NCBI RefSeq assembly: GCF_000284115.1
Contig: NC_017080.1
Span: 3,690,001 to 3,722,000, forward strand
Source of the DNA: Phycisphaera mikurensis NBRC 102666
GTDB taxonomy: Bacteria; Planctomycetota; Phycisphaerae; Phycisphaerales; Phycisphaeraceae
Direction: 5' to 3'
DNA length: 32,000 nt
Below, piece after piece: positions 18,517 through 28,400 of this stretch. The position numbers and the translations under genes are program-made. The notes under the pieces are model-generated. The model made no database searches and had not been told where the DNA came from. It was given only the letters and a program-made list of their open reading frames with translations. Each line of letters begins with the position of its first letter. Positions within the stretch are counted from its first letter, which is position 1.

Positions 18517-20217
18517 ATGCAACAACCGGAGCCGCAAAGCCGCAACCTCGACAGCTTCCTGCACGAGATCGACAAGGGCGCGATCAAGATCCCGCTCTTC
18601 CAGCGCGACTTCGTGTGGGAGCGAGCGAAGTCGGCGGCGTTGCTCGACAGCGTCCTGAAGGGGTACCCGGTGGGTACGTTCATCCTCTGGAAGACGAAGG
18701 AGCGGATGCGGAGCGTCCGGGACATCGGCGGGGTGCCGCTCCCCGAGCTCCCCGAGGGGGAAACTGTTGAGCAGGTGCTCGACGGGCAGCAGCGGCTGAC
18801 GAGCCTGTACGCCGCCGTCAAGGGGCTCAGCATCCAGCGGGGGAAGCGGGTCGACGACTTCGGTGAGATCGTTCTTGACCTCGATGCAGATCCCGATGGC
18901 ATCCAACCGCTGGTCCTCCCAAGGGTCCCGGCGAGCGATGAGCAAGATGAGACGCCCGACGCCGACCGGTACGCTCCCGTCGCCTCGCTGCAAGACAAGA
19001 AGCTGTTTGCCTTGCTCGGCAGCCTCGACCCCGCCCGGAGCGAACGCTTGCTGATGCTCCGGGACCGCCTGAGCAAGTATCGCTTTTCGATGATCATCGT
19101 CGGCGAGGCGCCGCTTTCCACGGCCACCGAGATCTTCACGCGGATCAACGTGACCGGCAAAGCATTGACCGTCTTCGAGATCATGGCGGCGAAGACGTAC
19201 AACGAGAAGACCGGGTTCGATCTTGCCGAGCGGTTCGACAGGTTCCGCGAAGACCTCGATGGTGTCGGCTACGGATTGATCTCGGGCGTGTCGATGCTGC
19301 AACTGACCTCGTTGCTGCTCACTGAGCATGGATCGGCGACGCGAGAGGACATCCTCAACCTCCCGCCGGCTGGGTTCCCCGCGGCGTGGGAGCGAGCGGT
19401 GTCGGCGGCGGAGGCGGCGGTCGATCACTTCCGACAGGTGATGCGGGTTCCCGTTTCTCGTCTACTGCCCTACGGATCGCTGATCGTCCCCTTTGGATTC
19501 TTCTTCGCACACCACCCCGCCAACGCCAACGGCCACGAACGCAAGGCGCTCGAAGAGTTCTTTTTCCGCGTAGCCCTCACCGGCCGCTACACCTCCGCGG
19601 TCGAGACGAAGCTGGCCTCTGATGCGCGGATCATCGCGATGATTGCCCGCGGCGAAGAGCCTGCCTTCGACAGGACCTTCGCCGCGGAAACCTCTGCGGC
19701 CTCGATCGAGCGTCGCGGTACCTTCCGCACCAGCGGCAGCTACGTCAAGGCGTTGCTCGCCGTGCTGGCGGCTCAAGGCCCCCGCTCCTTCTCGAACGAC
19801 GCGGCAGTCACGCTCGGCAACGACTGGTTGAAGCAGGCGAACAGCCGCAACTACCACCACTTCTTTCCAAAGGCTTTCCTGACAAAGCAGGGTGTCGCAA
19901 GAGAGCGAGCAAACCACACGGCGAACATCACACTCGTCGATGACTTTCTTAACAAGCGGGTCATCCGCGCCCAGCCTCCGTCGGAATATCTCCCCCGATT
20001 CCGGGAGGAGAACCCAGACCTCGACGCCACGTTGCGTTCTCACCTGATTGAGCCAGGGCCAGAATTGTCGACCGACGATTATGGAAGATTCTTCCGACGC
20101 CGCTGCGAGCGGCTGTCAAAAGAGCTGGCCATGAGGGTGCCAAGGCGGTCCATCGACGACGGCTTGAGCGGGCCGCGAGACGCGGACGATGTCGATCCGG
20201 AAGATGCGGACGCGTGA
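18517..20217 (+). CDS. DUF262 (+ HNH/DUF1524-like) protein, GmrSD/SspE-like nuclease candidate
   Basis: LDSFLHEIDKGAIKIPLFQRDFVWERAKSAALLDSVLKGYPVGTFILWK; VLDGQQRLTSLYAAV (DGQQR motif); C-term NYHHFFPKAFLTKQGVARERANHTANITLVDDFLNKRVI resembles the HxxxPK...N HNH-like fold of DUF1524. Confidence 0.88.
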   Translation: MQQPEPQSRNLDSFLHEIDKGAIKIPLFQRDFVWERAKSAALLDSVLKGYPVGTFILWKTKERMRSVRDIGGVPLPELPEGETVEQVLDGQQRLTSLYAAVKGLSIQRGKRVDDFGEIVLDLDADPDGIQPLVLPRVPASDEQDETPDADRYAPVASLQDKKLFALLGSLDPARSERLLMLRDRLSKYRFSMIIVGEAPLSTATEIFTRINVTGKALTVFEIMAAKTYNEKTGFDLAERFDRFREDLDGVGYGLISGVSMLQLTSLLLTEHGSATREDILNLPPAGFPAAWERAVSAAEAAVDHFRQVMRVPVSRLLPYGSLIVPFGFFFAHHPANANGHERKALEEFFFRVALTGRYTSAVETKLASDARIIAMIARGEEPAFDRTFAAETSAASIERRGTFRTSGSYVKALLAVLAAQGPRSFSNDAAVTLGNDWLKQANSRNYHHFFPKAFLTKQGVARERANHTANITLVDDFLNKRVIRAQPPSEYLPRFREENPDLDATLRSHLIEPGPELSTDDYGRFFRRRCERLSKELAMRVPRRSIDDGLSGPRDADDVDPEDADA

Positions 20218-20368
20218 GCCTGCGCTCGCTCGTCGCCTGCTCCGCTTCATCGGCAGAGTAGAGCGGCGGGACCATGTCCCGCCAATTGCCTCGACTTCGG
20301 GGCAGGTTCGGAAGAGGCAGCGGAGCGGGACGCCCCCGGTGCCCAGGATGCGGCGGGGCCACGTCGCA

Positions 20369-21298
20369 CAAATCCCACTGCTCCTCCGTGAGGCCGGTCA
20401 GGTCGCCGAGCTCTGTCCAGCCCATCGATGCGAACCCTCCCGCCTTCCACTGCGGCCAGACGCGGGCGCCCTCACCGGGCGCGATCTTCCAGATCCGAGC
20501 CGACTCCAGGCCCGTCGCCTCCTTCTGCCAGAGCGGCGCGATCTGCGGGTCGCAAAACTCAAAACCTCGCCCGTGCTCATGCTCCAGCCTCGCCCGGATC
20601 TTGCGCAGCGTCGCGTCAACGTTTCCGGGCACCCGCTCTTCCGGCTCCGCAAGTGCCGCTTCGATGGCTTGCTTGTGACCATCGGATGCGATCAACTCAA
20701 ACGCCCCCGGGAACATCAAATGCAGCAGGTGATTCCGCATCGACTGCGCCGCCTGCACGTCGATGGCGTCGAGGAAGGTCCGCCAGGCGTCCGGACCCCC
20801 GAGCAGCTCGGCCCGTCGCTCGGAGTCGAGTTGCTTGAAGGCGATCGCCGCCTCCAGGAGAAAGCGCAGCTGCCAGTAGCGGTGCTGGTGCAGCGACTGC
20901 CCGGGGTTGCGGCACGCGATCGTGACCGACGCCGCAATCTCCTGCGGCACCTCCACCGCCGGACGCCGCGCCGCAAGGATCCTTTCCACCTGCTCCAGAA
21001 TGGTCTCAGGCTTGATGACCTTCTCGTTCGCACCCAGCGTCTGCACGAACTGCATCTCCGCCATCAGGTCGACCACGCCCGCCGGCTCGCCCTCCAGCTG
21101 GTTCGCCAGCTTCGTCCAGCAGTCGTCCTCCCCCTCGTCCGCTCCGCCCACGTACGCCGCGTGCAGCCGCTGGAGGTTCTCCAGCGTCCACACCGCCTCA
21201 CCCGGGTGGAACAGGCTCCCGTCCCCCGCGAAGCAGTCCTCGCGGAGCCGCTCGGCGAATTGGTAGAACCGCCCATCGACTCGCTCGTGGATCGCCAT
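20369..21298 (-). pseudogene. N-terminal part of a McrB/EVE-type restriction-like protein, apparently truncated
   Basis: From ATG 21298: MAIHERVDGRFYQFAERLREDCFAGDGSLFHPGEAVWTLENLQRLHAAYV...MRNHLLHLMFPGAFELIASDGHKQAIEAAL...ARIWKIAPGEGARVWPQWKAGGFASMGWTELGDLTGLTEEQWDL (EVE-like). The frame then continues only as low-complexity Arg/Pro sequence, with no AAA+ motifs. Confidence 0.6.
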
Positions 21299-21884
21299 CC
21301 GCGGATTGTTGCAGAAACAGGAGCACCCAATCGCAACCTTGGCGCGGCCGCGGGCAGCCTCCCGCCGACGCACCGCCAGCCTTGCGGGATCGCCAACCCA
21401 GGGCCGGCGGTCATCCCCGCAACTTCAGCCTCGCTTCCGCCAACGCCGCGGCACCAAGCGGCGTGCCCCACCCCGCTTCGCGACGCGGTCCGCTGGATCT
21501 GAGCACCGATGCACGCGGCTCATTGGCTCTGCCGCCGGCCGTGCACGAAGTGGGAAGGCTGCGAGGGCCAGTTCTCCACAGACTCCGGGATCGAGAGTAT
21601 CGCCCGCGGCGACCCCTTGTTCCTCAGGGTGCGCGGCGACGCGGCGATCGACCGCGAGGCGATCGCCGAGGCCGGGCAGCGTGCGCGTGGAGGAGCGGCC
21701 CGGCGTGAAGGCGCTCCGAGACCTGCCCGAGGGCCCGATGCTCGCCGGCCCGCCGCCGGCTACCTCCAAGATTAGATGGGCCTGGGCCTCGCCCGCTCCG
21801 CCCTGGACCGCCTCGACACCGATGGCTCCGCCACCCCGGCCGGGGCCTGAGCGGAGCCGCCGACCTCGACGCACCACGGAGGCT

Positions 21885-22797
21885 GGGCCCGCGCAGCGGA
21901 CGCGTCCGCATCTCCGAGAACCGCTCGGGCTCCGCCCGACCTACACCGCCGGTGGCGGTGGGCCACCTCGGCCTCCGGCCGGCAGACGGCGCGGGCCGCC
22001 AAGCCGCACGCTCAGCGCGAAGCCGCGGACCCTGGGAGCCCGGGCCCAGGCCCGCAGGTGGCTCACCGCCCCCGGCGGTGTAGAGCCCGCGCAGCCGACA
22101 CGCCCGCACCGCCAAGAACCGCTCGGGCTCCGCCCGACCTACACCGCCGGAGGCGGTGAGCCACCTCGGCCTCCGGCCGGCAGACGAAGCGGGCCGCCAA
22201 GCCGCACGCTCAGCGCGAAGCCGGGGACCGCGGGGGCCCAGGCCCGCAGGACCGCAGGTGGCTCACCGCCCCCGGCGGTGTGGGGTCCACGCAGCGGACG
22301 CGTCGGCATCTCCGAAAGACCGCTCGGGCTCCGCCCGACCTACACCGCCGGTGGCGGTGAGCCACCTCGGCCCCCGGCCGGCAGACGAAGCGGGCCGCCA
22401 AGCCGCGCGCTCAGCGAGAAGCCGGGGACCGACGAGGAAAAGGCCGCGGCCCGTAAGGACTCCAGGCCCGCAGGTGGCTCACCGCCCCCGGCGGTGTAGA
22501 GCCCGCGCAGCCGACACGCCCGCACCTCCAAGAACCGCTCGGGCTCCGCCCGACCTACACCGCCGGTGGCGGTGGGCCACCTCGGCCTCCGGCCGGCAGA
22601 CGGGGTGGGCCGCCAAGCCGCGTGCTCAGTGCGAAGCCGGAAACCGCGGGGGCCCGGGCCCGCAGGCCCGCAGGTGGCTCACCGCCTCCGGCGGTGTGGG
22701 GTCCACGCAGCGGACGCACCCGCACCGCCAAGAACCGCTCGGGCTCCGCCCGACCCACACCGCCGGAGGCGGTGAGCCACCTTGGCCTCCGGCCGGC
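21885..22797. repeat. Tandem array of ~200-bp units, each holding a ~145-bp element with 27-nt inverted-repeat ends
   Basis: Anchor ccgctcgggctccgcccgac at 21921, 22119, 22320, 22535, 22735. Elements ctacaccgccggtggcggtgagccacc...ggtggctcaccgcccccggcggtgtag at 21941-22083, 22139-22283, 22340-22499, 22555-22699, and a truncated fifth at 22755. Confidence 0.92.
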
Positions 22798-22982
22798 GCG
22801 TGGGGACCTCTCCGGGGGGGCGGGAGGTTCCGTCGGGGTTCGCCTGAAAATCTGGAATCTCGCCCGAAAGGCGGCTTCGCCCGGTCGGAGCGGGCCGCAC
22901 CTCCTTAGGTTCTTCGCTCCGGGGTTGGAACCGAGGAGGGGTCTCTTCCTGGTCGCGGCCCGCACTCCCAAGGAGGTTCCGG

Positions 22983-23885
22983 ATGAGACGCAGGCACACG
23001 TTCGCGGGCTCGGCGTCGGCGGCGCTGCTGGCGGTGGCGGCGGGCGGGGCGGCCTCCGCGGCGGTCGTTCCCGCGTTCGATCTCGTCGACGACTTCCTCA
23101 AGGTCGGCGGCAACTACAACGGGCCGGGCCTCTACGACGTCTTCGACGCGGCGACCGGCTTGGCCGTCGCGGACGGCGTGGCGGACATCGCGGTGTCGGT
23201 CACCGCCACCGGGCTCACCGCCGACGACGGCAACAACGTGTCCTGGGTCGCGACGACGGGGACCAGCGGGACCGGGCTGGTCTCGACGATCGATCCGAGC
23301 TTCGTCTCCGGCGGCGGGGTCCTCGCCAACAACGGCGGGCACCGCGTGACGCAGACGATCCAGATCGACTTCCTCACGCTTCTCGTGGAGGCGAGCGACG
23401 TCACCGACCTCAGCTGGTCCAGCGGCAACAGCGCGGGCGTGGTGTGGGAGCACTCCGTGATGGAGTTCCTCGACGCCGGCGGGAACCCCTTCAGCCCGAC
23501 GCCCGCGATCGGGTCCTACGCGACGCACACGCCGGTCGAAGGCTCGGCGTCCGCCGGCAACTACGTCGCCGACGGCCTCGGCAGCGTCACGGCGGTGGGG
23601 ACCGACCTCACGGTGCCGGGCTCCAACGGGAGCATGGACGCGATCACCGGGTCCGAGCCCGACACCCCGGCCGCGACCGGCGTCGCGCCGGCGACGACGC
23701 TCATCGGCGGGATCCGCTTCACCCACGGCGTCGAAGACGTGCGCGGCGTGGACAACGGGGACACCGTCTTCACGAACACGATCAACGACCTCGACCTCGT
23801 GGACTTCGAGGTGGTCCCCGAGCCCGCCTCGGCCCTGCTGCTCGCCACCGGAGCCCTGCTGATTCTCACCGGCCGCCGGAACTGA
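22983..23885 (+). CDS. PEP-CTERM sorting domain-containing exported protein
   Basis: MRRRHTFAGSASAALLAVAAGGAASA signal peptide; C-term VVPEPASALLLATGALLILTGRRN; aaggaggt-like sequence just upstream (actcccaaggaggttccgg). Confidence 0.9.
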   Translation: MRRRHTFAGSASAALLAVAAGGAASAAVVPAFDLVDDFLKVGGNYNGPGLYDVFDAATGLAVADGVADIAVSVTATGLTADDGNNVSWVATTGTSGTGLVSTIDPSFVSGGGVLANNGGHRVTQTIQIDFLTLLVEASDVTDLSWSSGNSAGVVWEHSVMEFLDAGGNPFSPTPAIGSYATHTPVEGSASAGNYVADGLGSVTAVGTDLTVPGSNGSMDAITGSEPDTPAATGVAPATTLIGGIRFTHGVEDVRGVDNGDTVFTNTINDLDLVDFEVVPEPASALLLATGALLILTGRRN

Positions 23886-23947
23886 TCGCGGCGGCGGGGC
23901 CGCGGATCGGCGGGCGGCGGCATCAGCGGCCCGCGGGAGAGGCGAGA

Positions 23948-24757
23948 TCAGTTGCTCGCCTGCGCAGCGGCGTTCAGCGCGGTGTCCAGCGCGTCGAGCA
24001 CCTCCGCCGCGATGCTCGGGATCTTCTCCGCCATCGAGCGGTCCTCGCCGCCGCCGTCGCCGCCGCCCGCGTCCTCCAGCAGGCCGATGTCCTCGGTGTC
24101 GGTGTCCTCCTCGGGCACGCTCACGGCGAAGACGCCGCCCTGCTGCGTGGTCGGGTGGATCAGCGCCTCCACCTGCTCCGCGAGGCGGTCGGCGTTGAAG
24201 ATCGCCCGGGCCGCGTCCTCGCCGGGGGCCTGCTTCCGATAGACGTGCGCCTGCAGGAGGTTCGCCGCCGCCGAGTCGAGGCTGTACGCGAACATCGACT
24301 CGTCGCCGCGCTCCAGCCCGGCACGGGCCTCGGCAAGCTGCACGCGGGCGATGCCCAAGGTCACCGCAGCCCCGGGGCCGGAGAGATCGTCGGGGTTCAC
24401 GCGGGTGCGGTTCTGCACCTCCTGCGTGAAGCGGCTGAGCTCCGCCGCCGCCGCCCGCAACTCCTCGCCCCCGCCCGAGGACGCGGCCGCACCGAGGATC
24501 TCCGCCAGGCTCACCGCCAGCCGCAACTCCTTCACGGCCTCCTCCGGGTCCCGGTACAGCGCGTCGTACGCCGCTGACAGCTTCACCCGCACCTCGTTGC
24601 TGAACCCCCACGTGCTGGCCCGCTTGATCTCGACCCGCTCCGTGTCCCGCTGCGGCTCGGAGCCCCCGGACCGGTCCTGCGACAAAGCGGTTGGAGCCGC
24701 GAGCGAGAGAGCGGCGGCGAGGGAGGCGAGCGAGGCGCGAGGGGCGAGGCGGTGCAT
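23948..24757 (-). CDS. Secreted hypothetical protein
   Basis: ATG 24757: MHRLAPRASLASLAAALSLAAPTALSQDR signal peptide, then a helical Ala/Glu-rich body (VKLSAAYDALYRDPEEAVKELRLAVSLAEIL...). The ORF extension to 24991 lacks support. Confidence 0.7.
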   Translation of the reverse strand: MHRLAPRASLASLAAALSLAAPTALSQDRSGGSEPQRDTERVEIKRASTWGFSNEVRVKLSAAYDALYRDPEEAVKELRLAVSLAEILGAAASSGGGEELRAAAAELSRFTQEVQNRTRVNPDDLSGPGAAVTLGIARVQLAEARAGLERGDESMFAYSLDSAAANLLQAHVYRKQAPGEDAARAIFNADRLAEQVEALIHPTTQQGGVFAVSVPEEDTDTEDIGLLEDAGGGDGGGEDRSMAEKIPSIAAEVLDALDTALNAAAQASN

Positions 24758-25446
24758 GGGAGTCTCCGGGTGGGTGGTTCCGTGCTTGTCCTCGAGGTGT
24801 AGGCCGCAGCCAGGACCCAAACCAGAACCCGCGGACCGAGACCGATTCCCACCCGAGAGCGTCACGGTCCGCGGGCTCCCGTCGCACCAACCCCCCAGAG
24901 CCGAGCCCGCTCGCCCGGCCCAGCGGAGCCCGGCGGCAGAATAGACCTCGACCTCCAGAGACCAACCCCCCCGCACCCCCGACCCCCACAACGGGGAAAG
25001 TCGGCTCCTCCAAGTCCGAAGGGAGGCAGCCCGATGAACGGCTCGGCGGGACGTGGCCCCGCAGAATCCGCGGCAACGTCTTCGCCCGCCTCACCTCCCT
25101 CCGCCGCGGCGACCTCGAACGCGCGGTGCGGCCCGCGCCCGAGAACGACGCCCAACGCCGCTTCGTCCTCGCCGGCGGGTGAGGTGCCCGAGTTCTGTGT
25201 TCCGTAGCGTCGGAGCAGAGCGATGGGGACCGTCAGAGCCACACCCCGCCACACCTGCCAAGCGGACGCGAGTTCAGCAAATCCATCAGCCGGATCGGCT
25301 CCCGCCTGAGCCCCTCGATGACGGAGCGTGGTGCTCCACGCGACGGGCAGCCCGGCGGCAAGCGGCCTCCCAGAATCCCGCTTCATCCTCATTCTCGTCT
25401 GATGCAGTAACTGCCACCCGTGGCGTTCGAGCTGGTGGACATCGGG

Positions 25447-28400
25447 TCACACATCCGGCTCCCAACGCCCACCGCGCCTGCGGAACGTCGCGAAGCGGCC
25501 TGCAAGCTCAAATGTCTTGCTGTCGTCGGGCCGGATGAGCAAGCCGATGAAGCCTATTCTTTTGAGACCCAATAGCGCCCGCGTCTCCAGCCGGAGTGCT
25601 TGAGCCTTGGATGGTCCTGCGAGCCGGCTTGCCGCCACGGGTACACCCACGGTGCCAGCGTGGTGTTTCTCCACCCAGGGGATGGCGTTGGCCGCGTCTT
25701 TGCCCCGCTCCGGCTCATTCATGAAGGTCAGGAAGGCGCGGCAGCAGCCGCTTGAGTCCAGCTGCCGGAGGCTCATGACGACGCCGGTCAGCCGGTCCTC
25801 TCCAAGCTCCTCGTGAGGCAGCACCTCGCCGCTCCACGAACAGGTCGCGACCTCGTCCGGGTGGAAAGTCCGGCCTCTGGTGGCGCGGGCGGCCGCGCCA
25901 GGAAGCATCCGCCGCCCGCTCTGCTCGCTGGTGGCCATTTCGGAAGGCATCGCCTTCCTGCCGGTGCAGACGCAGGCTTCGAGCTCATTGGGGAGCGCGT
26001 GCTGCCCCGTGACCGCGCAGGGCACGAGTAGCCGGGTCCGGGCGAGCTTGCCTGAAGCCTCGGATGCCGATGCAACATCCCGTGCGATGCGGTCGCCGAG
26101 GACGGCGCAGGTGACAAGCTCGTCGGGCAACACCTGCCGCCCGGACTCCCCGCAAGTTTCCAGCTCGCCAACGAGTGCGGGACGACCCTGTAGACCCGAG
26201 GGCACCAGAAGCGACCGGAGGGCTCGCTTGCCGCTCGCCGCGCACGTCGCCAAAAGATCAACTCGAACACGGCGGCCGGTCGATTCGCACGCCTGCAGGA
26301 AACGCGGGAGCACGAGGTCGCCGCTCTCCTCGCACGGCTCTAGCTCCGCGGGAGGCACCCGCTCGCCGGACCGTGCGCATGCGCGCAGCAGGCTCGGGCG
26401 GACGCGTCGCCCACCGGAAATCTCCACCAACTCTTCGGGGAGCACCCGCTCTCCGGAGAGGTCGCAGCGGCGGAGGCACTCCGGCAGGACGCGCTGCCCG
26501 GTGACGGCACAGGCCTCCAGCTCCGTAGCGAGAACCCGCCGGCCGCTCATGCCGCAGGCGGCGACGTGTTCCGGCAAGGCGGTGCGGCCCTCGTTGAGGA
26601 CCTCCAGGCGGCTAGGCAAGACCCTCTTGCCGGAGGCGCAGCAGGTGCCCAGCTGTCCCGGCGCCACGGCCTGCCCCGTCACCTCACAAGCCTCCAGCTC
26701 CCCAAGCGGAATCGGTTCCTGGGTGACCTCGCAGCGACCCAGCAGGTCCGGGAGGGCGTGCCGCCCGAGCGTCGTCGCCTGCAAAGTCTCCGGAAGCACC
26801 CGCTTGCCGGAAAGGTCGCAGGCTTTGAGCAAGCTCGGGAGCACCAGACGTCCGGTGACGGCGCAAGCTTCGAGTTCGGAAGCGACCACGCGGTCCCCGC
26901 TCTCTTCGCAGGTCGCCGCGTGCTCTGGCAAAACCACTCGATCGTCGGAAAGCGTCTCCAAGCAGGCGTGGACCACCCGCTTGCCCGAGACGCAGCACGT
27001 CTCCAGCTGTTCCGGTGCCACCGCCTGCTCGGTCACTGCGCAAGTCTCCAACTCGTCAAGCGGCACCCGGGCGCCGGTGATAGCGCAGGAACCGAGCAGG
27101 TCCGGGCAGGCATGTCTGCCGCCGGAGGTGCCCTCAAGAAGTTCGGCAAGGACCCGCTCCCCGGAGACGTCGCACGCCCGCAAGAGGCGGGGGTGGACCT
27201 GCTTCCCCGTGATGGCGCAGGCTTTGAGTTCGGCCTCGGGAACCCGCTCGCCCGAGATGGCACAGGCGGAAACGAGCGCGGGCGGGAACCGCCGGCCATC
27301 GGTCACCGTCTCCAGAGCTTCGGCGAGAGCCCGTTCACCGGGCGCGTCGCTTTCTACGAGCAGGTCCGGGGCCACCCGCTTCCCGGTGACGGCGCACGCC
27401 ACCAGTTCACTGGCGGGGAAGCGCCGCCCTGAGGCCTCGCAAGCCTCCAGGTGCTCCGGCAGCGCCAGCCGCCCGTCTCCCAGCGTCACCAGTTCGTCAA
27501 GGAGCACCCGGTCGCCGCTGACGCAGCAGGTGCCCAGCAGCCCGGGGGTCACGAGCCGCCCGGTGCGAGCACAGGCGATGAGCGTCCCGGGGATCACCCG
27601 CTCGCCGCTGACGGCACAGACCGCGGCGGCTTCGGGTCGCACGCGTTCTCCGGTGCCAAGCTTGACAAGTTCGCTGCTGAGCACGCGATCGCCGGTGATG
27701 GCACAGGCTTGCAACAGCTTCGGCCGCACCCGCTTCCCGCTGGCTGCGCAAACCAGCAGGCTCCCGAGCTTCACGCGGTCGCCGCTCGCTTCGCAGGTTT
27801 CGAGGAAGGCTGGGTCCACGAAGCCCCCGCGGTGAGACTCCATCTCCGTCCGGAGGCTCCGCTTTCCGCTGATTCGGCACTTCTCCGTCAGGCTCTTCTC
27901 CACCACCGCACCGGTGATGGCGCAGTCAACGGTCAGTTCTGGGAGGAGCCGCTTCCCGCTGGAGTCACAAGTCAACAGCGATCCAGGGCCAGCCCGCTTC
28001 CCGCTGACCTCGCAGGATTCAGCAAGGTGCTCAGCGATCGGAAGCCCCGTCACGGCGCAGTCGAACAACTCCGACCGGTGGCCGGTGGCGGCGGAGGCGG
28101 AGCAGGTCGCGCCTTCGTCCTCCCGGTACCGCTTCTGGGAGATCTCACTCACCGCCAACCAGGCGGGCAGGACATGGTCGCCCGTGAAGTCGCACGGCTC
28201 AAGCTCCTCCTCGAGGGCGGCGTCGCCGGAGACGGCGCACGTGGCCGTCAAGCTTGTCTCTGCCCAACGGCCATCGGCCAGGTGAGTCATCTCTTCGAAC
28301 AGGAGCGTGCGGTCGGTGACGCAGCACGACCCGACGTGCTCCGGCTTGGCGGCACGCTTCGACAGGTCCGACACCTTCAGCAGGTGCTGGAGCACCGACT

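Noticed and set aside
21885-22797. CRISPR array
   Set aside because: Unit length ~200 bp with both repeat and 'spacer' conserved; no unique 30-40 bp spacers and no cas genes in the window.
21306-22908. ORFs across the tandem array (e.g. ...PLGLRPTYTAGGGEPPRPPAGRRSGPPSRTLSAKP...)
   Set aside because: Apparent protein repeats come from the DNA repeat being near a multiple of three; several frames on both strands stay open equally, and variable unit lengths (198-215 bp) shift the phase.
24862-25538. Short ORFs between the secreted hypothetical protein and the giant helicase gene
   Set aside because: No recognisable motifs, several overlapping frames on both strands, Arg/Ala/Gly-rich composition.
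25880-27835. 651-aa plus-strand ORF with Ser/Arg/Thr-rich repeats (SSRTRSPETS...)
   Set aside because: Antisense of the Cys-repeat array; its periodicity is a mirror of the minus-strand 45-bp repeat. The minus strand has the helicase motifs in one continuous frame.
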